Below, one piece after another: positions 1 through 11,732 of a stretch of 64,000 nucleotides of DNA. Source of the DNA: Rhizaria sp. SCN 62-66 (lineage: Eukaryota); the NCBI GenBank assembly GCA_001724265.1, contig MEDY01000033.1, forward strand, positions 1 to 64,000, written 5' to 3'. The notes under the pieces are model-generated. The model was not told where the DNA came from, ran no database searches, and saw nothing but the letters and a program-made list of their open reading frames with translations. Every line of letters begins with the position of its first letter. Position 1 is the first letter of the stretch. A program made the translations under genes and the position numbers.

Positions 1-515
1 CAGGTCAGCCTCGGAAGGGTTCTGGCCGAGAGAGCGCATGACCTTGCCGAGCTCCTTGGTGGTGATGGTGCCGTCGCCGTCCATGTCGAAGAGGGAGAAA
101 GCCTCCTTGAACTCGGAGATCTGCTCCTCGGAAAGGTTCTTAGTCAGGTCCTGCTTAGAGAGAGGGGCGAGTAGCAGTACAACATGAAGGTTAGGATGTG
201 AGCGAAACAGACAGAGTGAGCGAAGGCTAGGGTCTGGGAAAAGCACTGGACACGTAGACAGCAAAGCGGACCATAGGGCGCAGGTGTGCAGAGATGCTGC
301 GGTTAATTGCTCACCCGAAGACAAGACACAATCAGGAGCATCCACTATAGCTGCCACTTCAGAGCAGTATGGACGCTGCAAAGTTAAATCTCGAGTCGGT
401 GGTGGGGACAACAACGGCAACAATATTCGCTGGACTACAGCCCTACATGAGCGTTAATTTGAGAGTGCTAAATCAAAGAAAGAAAATAAAACGTGCTGCG
501 TACCTCAGAAGACAT
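1..515 (-). CDS. Calmodulin or calmodulin-like protein, 5' part (exon 1 504-515, exon 2 <1-150; continues beyond the window start)
   Basis: Spliced translation [54 protein letters not shown] closely matches calmodulin EF-hand 1. Phase-0 intron 151-503 (gtacgc...aagcag). Missing from the ORF track. Confidence 0.93.
151..503 (-). other. Spliceosomal intron in the calmodulin gene (353 nt)
   Basis: GTACGC donor after ATG TCT TCT GAG, CAG acceptor, CTAAC branch-like motif near 190-194, frame preserved. Confidence 0.8.
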
Positions 516-605
516 CTTGTTGCTTCAATGATCGTGTAAATCTTTGGTTCGCGAGGAAATTAAGTCAACCCTGTTCCTCTCGTGACCTCCACGATTTCGA
601 ACTAG

Positions 606-640
606 AGTGACCGTGAGCAAGGTCAAGTGACCGTGAGCAA
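606..640. repeat. Perfect 15-bp direct repeat AGTGACCGTGAGCAA (606-620 and 626-640) upstream of calmodulin
   Basis: Read directly. 20-bp period, about 90 bp upstream of the calmodulin ATG. Confidence 0.85.
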
Positions 641-1001
641 CCCCACTCCAGACCATATCTCCCAAGAAATGACAAACATAACAAAGTCAACTCGAAACAA
701 AAGTCTAACATGTGTGGTGAACCATATAATGACACTCTCATCTGCTTCCTGATTTAAAAATACATTCAGGACTTAGTAGATCATCGCTTGATTATGGAGG
801 ACGTAACATGATAAGGTTTTTGTATGTGCCCTGCATGCGTGATAATAAGCAGTAATGTTTTAAATATGGATATCATATCATCAAATAACTATTAAGAATA
901 TATAACATACTTGGAGCGCCTCGTTGTTCAATGCAATGCAGTTGCATAAGTCGTCTTCGTAGTGCGATTGCCTGACAAAAGCAGATCCATCAATCGCATG
1001 T

Positions 1002-4000
1002 TTAAAGGAGTAGCTTGAAAACTTGATAAGCGACCACAGCAAGCATCGCGAGGATCATGAACCGCACGACTTCATCGCCCATCGCAACAAAACCCTCGGT
1101 CAACATCGCACGCTTGGCCTTCGCCACGACAGCGTTGACACTGAACATCTGACGCAGTGCCGCGACATTGCTCACGCCAGCACCACCAGTGCGCGACTGC
1201 GTCTTGGGAGCGAGCGCGACGGGCGTGTTCTTGAAGCTCTTCTTGAGTTCCTCCTCTTTCTCGATCACCGCAGCCTCGGCCTCGGCGGCCTCTAGCGAGC
1301 GCACCACAGCGGCACGGAACTCAGCCTCGTAGTCGAGCTCGGGCAGCGCGAAGAGCCGCTCCAGCTTCGCGATCACCGAGCTGTAGAGCCCCATCACGGC
1401 GTCGCCGTTGTAGAGCGGGTGGTGCTTCACAGGGGTCGGGAACCGCACGCTGCCGGGTTGCGCCGCTGCAACGCCCGCAGCCGCGGCGAGCGTGCGCTGC
1501 TGCACGACGCAGAGCCTTCGGTGGCGCGCCAGCACCAGCGAGCGGCGCAGCGCAGCCACGGCCAGCGGGGTCGCGAACAGCGGCGACTGCAGCACGCGCG
1601 GAAGCATGCGCGCCGCGATCGTCACCGCGGACGGGTCGATGCAGTCCGCGGGGAAAAAATCGAACTCGGCGTCAGCGTCGGGGGCTGCGCGTCCAGCGGC
1701 GCCGGAGGTGGCCGAGGGCATCACGGACGCGTACTGACGCCCGCCAGCGGCGCTGGCCTGGCCGTGCGCGCCGTACGCGCTCGACGACCAGCGCAGGCCG
1801 GAGCGGGAACGCGAGCGCGAGCGCGAGCGCGAGGAGCCCGCGGCGGCGCTGAAGGTGACTGAGCGGCGCGCCGAGGCGGAGCGAGAGCGGTCGTCGTCGC
1901 CGCCGCTGGCCGCCGCGCTGCTGACGTCGTCGCTGCTGTCGTCGTCACTGTCGCCGACGTCGTCGCCGCCGGCACGACCGCGACTGCGGCCGCGGCGACC
2001 GCTGCCGTGGCCGGGACGACTGCGCGCGCCGCTACCGCTGTTGCTGCCGCCGCGGGCGGAGTCGGGCGCGAAGGACGACGCGGCGACAGCGGCGTTGGCG
2101 TCGGCACTCGTCGTGGCGTAGGGAGACTTGACGAAACACGGGATCGCGGCGGTCGCGGCCGCGCCGGCAGTGCGGCGCATCGTGGCCGTGTAGCGCTTCG
2201 GGGGTGACAGCAGCGAGTCGACTGCGGTGGAGACTAGCGACTCGCCATCGTCCTTGCACTCAGTCGCCGCAGCACCGGCAGCGAGGAGGGTGGTGCGCTG
2301 CGCCACGGGCGTGTGCGGGGTTGACGGCGTGGACGGGATAGGCGCGCTCGGGTCCACGCGGGTCGGCGTCGCGAGCGTGACGGGACGGCGGATGCCGCTG
2401 AATACACCGGAACCGGTGGTGCTGGCGTCTTCGTTGTCGCTGTCGCTGTCGCCGTCGCCGAGACTCATCTCGCGCGCGAACGCGGGCGTGAAGCTGCCTC
2501 TCTCGGCCTCCTCCTCGGCGGCCGCAGCGGCGGCGGCAGCATCAGCGGCAAGCGCGGCATTCGCGTTTGCGTTGTCCTTGGCGATGTTGGCAATCATCAT
2601 CTCGACCAGCGCGACTGGGTTCTTGAACGGGGCGAAGAACGGCGCGTACGCAGTCACGGGCGCGGTGACCGCCGACCGCGAGTCCGCGGCGGAGCTCAAG
2701 GTCGGCAGCGCGAGCGTCTCGTTCAGGTAGCCGCTGACCCAGTTGCCCTCCACGGTCATGAGCCTGCGGACGGCCTCCTCGCCCGCGGTGGCCGCCGCTG
2801 CGGCCGCGGAGACGTAGTGGCTCGCGGTGCCGAAGCCGCCGCGGTAGCCGCTGCCGCCCGCGCCCGCGGCGACGGTGCTAAGCGCGGCGGCCGCGGCGCC
2901 GGCGGGGACGAGACCCTGACCGGAGTGACTGTGAGCGGCGGCGGCCGCTGCGGCGGCAGCGGTCGGGTCGAAGAACTGGCTCTGAGCGAAGTTAGCGCTG
3001 GCGTGGTGCTGGTACGCGTTCGCGGGCAGCGAGGCGGGGGAGAGGCCCCACTTGCCGGGCGTGCTGCCGCTGTACGGGCTCTTGGACCGCGAGTTGAACA
3101 GCGGGGACATGTTGCTCGCGCCGCTGCCGCCGTATCCGACCGCGACCGGGGTCGACGGCGACATGCGCCCGTGTGCGTGTCCGTGGTGTCCGAAATGTCC
3201 GTGGGTGGCGCCCGAGGCCGCGGCGGCGTTGAGTGAGCGCATGTTGTGGTACGGAGTCGGCGTCAGCCCGCCCACGCTGCCCGCGGCCGAGAACACCGGG
3301 GTGCCCGAGCCGAGACCCTGAGCGCCGAACACCGTCGTGGCTGTTAGCGCGGGACTGAAACCGCCAGCACCGGCAGACTGACTGGCGCCGCAGACACTGC
3401 CTCTGCCGCCGGCGCCGGGGCCGTGCTTGAACCGACTGGCGCCGCCGTTGGCGATCGCAGCGCCCAGCGCGTTGGTGCTGCTGCCGCCGCCGTTGTTGTT
3501 GGCCATTCTGGGCGGCTGCAACGCGGTGTCGATCGCGCTCACGAGCTCCTTGCGCGCGACGAGCGAGCGCGGGCCGTGCGGCGGCGACTGCCCGCGTGCA
3601 GGCGCGAAGGCCACATCGACGGAGCGCGCGCGCACCTCGAACACGTGCGACGCGAGCTGCGGCGCCGAAGAGAGCAGCGCAGAGAGCTCGGCGGCGCTGG
3701 CGCGGGCGTCCCAGTAGCGCAGCACGCGGCGCAGTGACGGGTTGTCAGCCAGCAACGTGAGGAACAGGTCCAGCCGGCGCAACGCCGCGACCGTGGGCTC
3801 GAGCGCGGGCGACTCCGGGGGCAGCTCGGGCGAGGACAGGAACGACGCGGCGAAGTTGGCTGGCAGCGCGCGCAGGGCGGACAACGCAGCAGCGATCGGG
3901 TTGCTGCTCGCAGCGGCCTCGCGCGCCTTGTCGGCGGCGGCGCGGTCGATCTGCTTCTGCTGCAGCGGGGCAAAGCGTGCGCGCAGCTTGGCAACGCGCG

Positions 4001-7000
4001 CGGCGAGGTCGCTCTGATGCGCAACCCAGTGCAGCCCCATCGCGCTCGAAGTGAGGTCCGCGGCCAGGTCGCCGTGAATACGCGAGACGAGCGCCGCGGG
4101 AACCGTGGTGAAGAGCGGCAGGTGCGCGATGATGTACGGCGCGTACAGAGGCACACGGTAGCGCACGGGGGGCAGCATCATGGCGGGCGCGTTCGCAGCC
4201 GCTGAGCTGTTGCTGGTGCTGCTGCTGCTTGAGCCAGAAGAGGAGACGGTTGAAGCAACAATGCGGTGGTCGCGCAGAGGCGCGACAAGGCGCGTGCCGT
4301 CGGGCGCAATGTAGAGCTGCGGGGAGACCGTAGCCGGGGTCAGTAGCCACGGCTGGACTGCGGTGAGCCAGGTCTCGAGCAGGAGGTCCATCGACAGTGC
4401 GGCCGAGGCGGATGCGTGCGCGGGGGCGGACTCGGCCGTGGTGGACGCCGCTACGGACGCGGACAGCGAGGCCGGTGCAGAGAAGGGACGCAGTGTCGAG
4501 AGCGCGAGAGAGAAGAAAGATGCACGGCTCGGCACAGACGCCTCAGCGGACCATGGATGCATGGAGATGAGGCCGCTGTCGGCGGAGTTCGAAGACAAGC
4601 CCTCGCGCGTCGCCGTGTGCGCACCAGAGCCGCCACCGATCGAAAGCGGCATGGTGAACGCACCCGCGATAGAGTTCGAGCGGTAGTTCATGGAGCTATC
4701 GTGGTGCGTCGCCATCCCGAGACCGGGCAGTGCCCAGATCAAATAGTGGCCGTGAGCGTTCGCACTCGCAGCGGAGCCCTTGCCTGACGCGGCCGCCGCG
4801 GCAAGCGGGGGCTGCGGGCGCGGCGCGGTGGCGATCGCAGACAGCAGCAGGCGCGTCATCGGCTGGGCCAGCAGCGCCAGGTGCGGGGGCACGAAGCCCA
4901 CGCGCGAGAGCGCCGGCGCGGCGAGGCGGGCGAGCGCGGTGAGTGCCGCCACGGGGCCCGGCGCGCGCGTGTGGCTCAGCGGCACCAGCGTCGCTGTGCG
5001 GCTGCTCGCGCCACCGCTGCCGTTCGCACCGAGGTTCGCGCTGGCGGTGTTGGGCGCGGAGAGCGGGGGCAGGACGCAGCCGCGCTTAGCGCCGACGGTC
5101 TTGGCGGCGACAGCGACATCGCCGGCGCCGGGGGCTAGGGCCTGCGCGAGCGCAGCGGCGTCTTCGCTCTGAACGGTGCCGTTGACGTTGACGCGGACCG
5201 AGGCCGGGAGGTCGATGCCGGCGGCGACGGAAGGCAGCGAGAGCGCGCTCATGTGCGTCGGGCACGCCGAGGGCGCGGATGAGCCAAAGCCACCACGGGC
5301 GAAGGTCAAACCGTCAGCGTTGGCGTTGGCGCCCGCTGTCGCGGTGGCGAGCACGGCGGCGGCAGCAGCGGCGGCGGCGTTAGTGTTGTCCGTGACCTGG
5401 CGGCCGCGCGCCACCGCAATGCCGAGCGTGGCCGTGGTGGCGTCGTCACTCGCCGTGGAGCGGCCGAGGTGGCGGCCAGAAGCGTACTCGGCCACGCTGT
5501 TGTTGCTGCCGTTGCCGGGCTGGGTTGAGAAGAGACGGCTCGCACCGACGATCATCATGTCGTTCGCGGTCACAGTGGCGTCGGCCATCGCACTCCCGTC
5601 GCCACTGAGGCTCTGGGTCAGCACGGCGGACGTGTAGCTGCTGGCGTTCAGATTGCTGCCGCCAGTAACAGCGCCGCCGGTGCCGCTGCTATCGCTGCTG
5701 GGCGCGAACGCGTCCTTAAGCAGGCGCGTCGAGAGCACGTACGGCGGCCGCGTCGTCGCAGCCGCCACGAGCTCCAGCGGGCGGACGCTGGTCGGCAAGC
5801 CCGCGCTCGAGTCGCCGCCGGCGGCACCGTTGCCGCTGCCGGAGTCGGAGCCAGAGCTAGCGCCGGAGCTGGAGCCGCTGGAACTGCCGGAGGAGGACGC
5901 GCCGGTCTGCACGGGCGCGGCAGAGAGCGCGCCGTTGCTGCCACCGCCGGCGGCGAGCGCGGTCGCGGCTGCGGCGGCTGCGGCGGCGGTAGCCTCGGCG
6001 ACCGCAGTGGGGCGCACCGTGGGCGCAGTGAGGGACAGACGCGCTGCGATCGGGGAGAAGGCTGAGGAGAACGCGGTGGACAAAGAGCCAAAGAGCCCAG
6101 TGCCCCACGCACTGCCGCCTGCAGCGGTGGCGGCGGCTGAGTTGGGGGCAACGCCGGGGGCGACGGCGGGCAGCGGGGTCAGCAGAAGCGGCGCGGGCGG
6201 GGCCGGAAGCTTTACGTAGCGCGAATGCAGGTCGTGCGCAGAGAGGAAATGCACGTACATGGTGCGGAGCGCGGCGGCGACGGCGACGGGCGGCACCGTG
6301 CTTGTGCTGCTGAACACAGCGTTGCCCGCAGCGGTGGACGCGGCGGTGTTTGCGCCCAGAATGGAGACGTTGCCGAGAGGGACTGCGCTTCCTTCTTGAG
6401 TGATCGACGCGTCAGCACTGTTCACAGCGTTGATTGGCGCATTGCCGTTGTTGCCCCCGCTGTGAGCGTGAGCGCCAGAGGACGCAGTGGAAAGAACGCG
6501 GGTAAACAGACTGTACTTGGGACCGTTGGCCACACCGGCAGCATTTGCAGCGGCCACGTTGACATTGCCCAGGTGAGCGGATGGCTGCACAGAGAGAGAT
6601 TGGTGCTGCAGCTGCGAGCCTTGCGAGTTGGATGCAGACACAGACACACGCCTGAAACGATTGACGGAGCGAGTAACAACGAGAAACAGAGTGTGAGCGG
6701 AATTCCACGTATCGCTGTGACAAATAAAGCAATATAAAAATCATTTACAATAAACACATACCTAGCAAGGAGCCCCGGCATAGAGGAGAGCGAGCCGATG
6801 GCCGACGCCGAGAGGTCGAGCGAGGGCATTCGGCTCGGCTCCGAAGAGTCTAGGTGGCCGTGTAAGTACCCCTGCTGCTCAAACGAGTTCTGGTAGCCAA
6901 AGCCAGGCACGCTGAACCCGCCGTCCAGTAGCGGCACACCGGTGCCCGCGAAATGCCTGTGGTTCACCGCGCCCCCGGCGCCGCCGGAGTAGTAGCTATG

Positions 7001-10000
7001 CGCCGCGGCACGACTATTCTCGGCCGCGGCGGCGCTGGCGGCGGCAGCGGCCGCGGCGGAAGCCAGCGTGGTCGCAGCGATGATGACCTCGGTCGGGGAC
7101 GGCAGGTTAGCCCGCAACGCCCAGGACCAGGTGACCGTGAGCGCGGGGGACTGAGCCAGCGGCGCGGCAACACCGTTGTCCTTGTCGCCAGCAGCAGCAG
7201 CGGCCGTCGCGGCGGCAGCTGCGGAGGCGGCGGCGGTGGTGCCAGCAGCAGCCGCGGCGGCAATGAGCGCGCGCGCCTTACGCAGGCCAGCGTGTAAGTA
7301 CCCGCTGTGGATATAAGGGACGCACCACTTCTCCACGGCCGTGGCCAGCATCTGCGGGCCCCAGGGCTGCACGTCGCCGGAGCCGGGGAAGAAGAACTCG
7401 AACTGCCGCTTCAGCGCCAGCTCATACTGGGCAAACGCGCGCTCCTGCATCAGCACCAACAGCCGACGGTTGCTCATGATGTTGCGGGAAGTTAAGCCGG
7501 CTGTCGTGGTAAGCATGCCTCCGAGGTCTTTGGCGGTTTGACTTTGGAACCACGTGATGCGCGCATTGCGCAAGTGCATAGCAATGGTGAAGGGAGAGAA
7601 AAAGCTCGTCGCAATCTTGGTGTGCTTGGCAGCGCGCGCGGGGCGATCTGACAGGGCGCTGGCGATGTGCGTGGAGAAAATAGGCAGCGAGGACAGAGCG
7701 GGCGACTGCGCGTAGGAGAACAAGTGCCAGAAGAAGAGCTCCTGCAGCGACACGTCGCGCGCTGTCGGCGCAGTGGGCAGCAGGGACTGCGCTGCGATCG
7801 CGGCGCTGCTGCTGTTGATGTACGCGTCGACATTGCTGCCGGAGTATTGCGCCGACGAGAGAAACTCGGTGCCGTAGGCGACAGGGGCGAGCATATGGCG
7901 CGCTTGCGCGCGGACCTCTGCCAGTGCCAGCGACGGGCATGACCACAGCGGAAGCAGCAGACTGCCGTTGCCGCTGTTCGAGCTGCTGCTTGTCCCACTG
8001 CCATTGCCGCCGCCGCCGCCACCGCCGGCGTAGCAACCGAGGGCGCCGTTCGCGGCAGCAAGAGCTGCGGCGGCAGAGACCGCGGAGTTGCTGTTGCTCG
8101 CTGTGAGCACGCCGAAGTTGCGGAGCCCGTTGCCGTAGCTGTACCCATAGCCAGCACCTGCAACACCAGCACCAGCGCCCGCGACAGCCGCGTTAGTCGC
8201 TACAACGCCCGCGGACGCAACGGCTGCGGGAAAAGAGCTGATGTTACTGGCAGCGGCGTTCGTGGGCGCGAGTACGTGAGCAGGACTCGGGAGGGCGATC
8301 GCGTTGGCCGTGTCAAGAGCGGGCACAACGCGCACAAGCGGCAGCGCGACGGCGGCCTCAGCGACATCGAGCGCCAAAGTGAGGCCGCGCGGGGCGGGGA
8401 ATTCCGCAGAGTCAGCGGGCAAGATGGGCTCTGAGAGCGCCTTGACGACCGCGGTTGCAGACGCAGCGGCGGCGGTGGCGGCGGCAGCGGCTGCGGAGCC
8501 GGCGCCGACGCCAGTGTTCGTAAAAGTGGCATTGATGCTACCATTGACACTGCCGCCGATGACGTTCGCATTGTCACCACCCTGCCCGCCCGAGAGAACG
8601 GACGACCAACCAGCCGTCGCAGCGTCGAAGTTGTTCCCCGCAGCAGCGCTGCTCGCGGGGCCGGAACCGAAAAAGTCGTCCAGGTCACCGACGACCCGCA
8701 ACAGGGCCGCCGCGGTGAGCGCTGCCGCGATCTCGCAGCTCACGGTCACCTGGCGCGCCCTCGCGGCGGCGGGGTTCAGCGCGGCAGCGGCGCCGGCGGT
8801 AAGCGCGGGCGGCACGCCGGTGCCGTAGCGGCCATCGTAGCCGGGGTAGCGCGTGAGCGCGGTGCGCGCGAGGAAGACGTAGGCGTCGCGCTCTTCCGAG
8901 CTCGCCGGCAGCGAGCGGATGGCGTCGAAGCCGCTCTGGGTCAGCGCCCAGCCCGCGATGCCGTTGCTGGGCATCGCGGGGATGGCGCCGGCCGCGACGA
9001 GCGCGGCGCTGCCGGAGTGGGCCGCGCCGGCGGCAGCGGGCGTGGTGATGCCGGGGACGGCGCAGTCCTGCGAGTCGAGGCCGAAGAAGGGCAGGTACGG
9101 CGACCACAGCGACAGAGACAGCGCGTGCTCGCGGGCGTGCGCGCCGCCGGCGCTGTAGCCGCTGCTCACGGTCATCTGCTGCTGGGAAGCCGGCGCGTGC
9201 GCAGTGCGCGGACGGCGGCCGGAGCCGAGCAGGGCCAGACTGGTCTCGGGCGCAGACAAGGAGGCGGGGAACAGGGGCGCGCCGAACACGCTCTCACCGT
9301 TATCAGAGCTCGAAATCGAGCTGGAGCTGGAGCTAGATGACTGTGAGCGCGGGGCGGCGTGTGCAGCGGGCGCCGCGAGCGCGGGCTGGGCGAAGGCCGC
9401 TCGGCCCGCGTGCCACGGCGAGAGGGCGCCGGCGCGGACCAGCGCCGCCGTGGCGGCCTCATCGCCGCCGGCGACCGCAAGCGCCGCGCGCGAGGGCGCG
9501 GGCAGCGCCGAATCGGGGACCGGGAAGGAGGGCGCGAACGGGGACGAGTGGAACACAGCGCGGAACAGCGCGCCGTCGGGGTTCGTGGACGACGCGGAAG
9601 ACACAGCGGGCTGCGGGAATGCGGTCGCGACAGTGATGCGGGACTGTGTGGTAACCACGGAGTCGTCGGCGCCAACGATGTTCTTGCCGCCGCTGCTGCC
9701 GCGGCCGGCGCCGTTGCCGTCGCCGCCAGACATGAGCCCGCGGCCGCTGTTGCTGCCGGACGCGGAGGACGACAGATTGAAGTCGTTGACCGTGAGCCGA
9801 GATGCGCGGCCGCCCATAACGCCGCTCACTGCGCCGCGCGCGCTCGCTGACGCCGACACCGCGGCGGCCAGAGCGGCGGCGCCGTTGCCATTGGCAGATG
9901 TGGCGCCGCGCGCCGTGGAGGCGGCGGCGGCGCGCGAGGCCTTCATCGTTGCGCCGAGGGCGAGAACACGCGAGTCGGCCGCGGGGGAAAAGAGGCCCAG

Positions 10001-11284
10001 CGCGCCGGGGTAAGCGGCGACCCAGCCCAGACCGGCAACCTCACCGGGCGCAAGCACAGTCTCCGTCTTGGAACCACTGGAGCTCGAGTTAGAACTGGAA
10101 GAGCTAGAAGTAGTAGAGCTCGTAGAGTTGGTAGTGATCGTGGTCGCGACGGCGCCGAGCAGTCCCTGGCCGGACGTGTGGCCAAACAGCGCGGCAAACA
10201 CGTGCGGCGCCATGTGGTACCAAAGCGCCAGGGCGCTGCGGTGCGCTGCTGTGTCGCACAGCGCGTCGGCCAGGTCCGGCAGCGCTTCGGCGTGCAGCAG
10301 GTCCGGGTGTAGGGTCCGTAGCACGACCGCGATCTCAGACAGAGGCAGCGTCGGCGCCTCCGTGGGGGCCGCGGCGCCGCCGGCGGACGCGCTCGCGACG
10401 GCAGAGCCGGCGTTGCTGTTGCTGGCGTCGGCGTCGCCCGCGGCGGCGTGCGCAGGGCAGTGGCAGGAGCAGCGCGGGATGCGGCGCACGCTCATCAGCA
10501 GCGTGCTCCGGTCCATGCGCCAATGCAGCCAGTCGCTGCCGGGCGCGCCGGGAGAAGCCTTGCATTGTGTCGTGTGCGAGTGTGGGGAAGATGAGAGCGG
10601 GGGCAGGTCGAAGAGACGGTCGTTGTAGCGGGAGACGTCGGCTGCAACGTCGCGTAAGAACACGTTCGCAATCCTGTTAAGCACCCAGGACGGGAACAAA
10701 CCGGCGACGGCAGCTGCGGCGGCTGCGGCGGAAGACGAGGACGGGTGCGTGTTGCGCGGGCTGCCTGCAGTGCGGAAGGCGAAGCGAGACGCGGAGCCGC
10801 TGGCGGGCGCAAACGCGCGGGACGCCGCGCCGCTAAAGGTACCGCTGCCAGCAGAACCAAAGCCTATGCCACCAACAGCGCCAACGCCAGCAAGGTGAAG
10901 GCGCAGAGCGGGCGGGATCGAGGGGCTGGAACCGTCCGCTACGAGCTGCTGGCCCTGCGCGGCTGTATCGTAGTAGTTAGTGTGGAACATTGAAGTGTCG
11001 AGCTCCAGCACGCTCGCAGCCGCAGCCTCAGCGTCGACAGAGGCGGCGCGGGCTGCTTCACGGGCCGCAGAAGCACGATTGCGTGGTGTGCGACCGTTGG
11101 CACCTGTGGGTTTCGCACTGGCAGCGGTCTCGTGGGGCGCGGCAGATGAGGCGGACGCGGGAGTGGCGACGGCTGCAGCGCGCCGGGGAGACGCGGTAGC
11201 TGCGGGCGCGGCCTCGCGAGGTGATGAGGGGCTTGACGGCGCACCCGTGCCCCGAAGAGGAGACGCCGGTTGCGTGGTCGCCAT
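1002..11284 (-). CDS. SMPD4: Sphingomyelin phosphodiesterase 4 (SMPD4/nSMase3/NET13)-like tail-anchored protein, ~3390 aa, two exons (11284-6762, 6651-1002)
   Basis: The track ORFs 6422..11284 and 1002..6647 join in frame across intron 6652-6761. Ordered motifs SLQELFFWHLFSY, YELALKRQFEFFFP, MLATAVEKWCVPY, LLLETWLTAVQPW, YAPYIIAHLPLFT and YNGD resemble SMPD4 blocks as I recall them (FEYYIFFFA, YFILVDRYLSWFLP, VFVEMWLHHY, VLEMWLSYLQPW, WAPFVQENLLMYT, GDP). C-terminal hydrophobic helix. Stop is TAA. Confidence 0.72.
6652..6761 (-). other. Spliceosomal intron (110 nt, phase 2)
   Basis: AG|GTATGT donor and TTTCAG|G acceptor. AT-rich island within GC-rich coding DNA. Splicing gives ...LLA-R-RVSVSAS in frame. 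Confidence 0.9.
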
Positions 11285-11732
11285 TGTATTTTATAAACAG
11301 TGTCAGGGAAAGGTAGTAAACTGTCTAGGAGAGGGAAAGGGGACGAAGTCTGGAGACGAGTGGGTGCGGTAGTGGGTCAGATTAAAATCTCAAACAACCA
11401 ATCGTATTCAGAGTATATAATAGCAAAAACAGAGCTAGAACCAGTGTAAATTATATTATATTATCACTGCATTTTAAAACAACGAATCTGTAAACCAGTG
11501 CAAGAGTGATTTGCACGGCGTTGGCTCGTTGGCTGGGCCGTTGGCAGGGCTGGCAATCGGACCGCGCCGTTGCGCTTAAACTCAGGTGCAAAAGTGCTTC
11601 GGAAGGATACTCGACTTATTACATTGTGTATTGAATTTAAAATTGCTAAATATAAGCGTGTATTCATGTTGACTATTCAAAAACTAAAATAAATTCGCGA
11701 AAATAATTCATACTATGTGTATATCGAACTCT

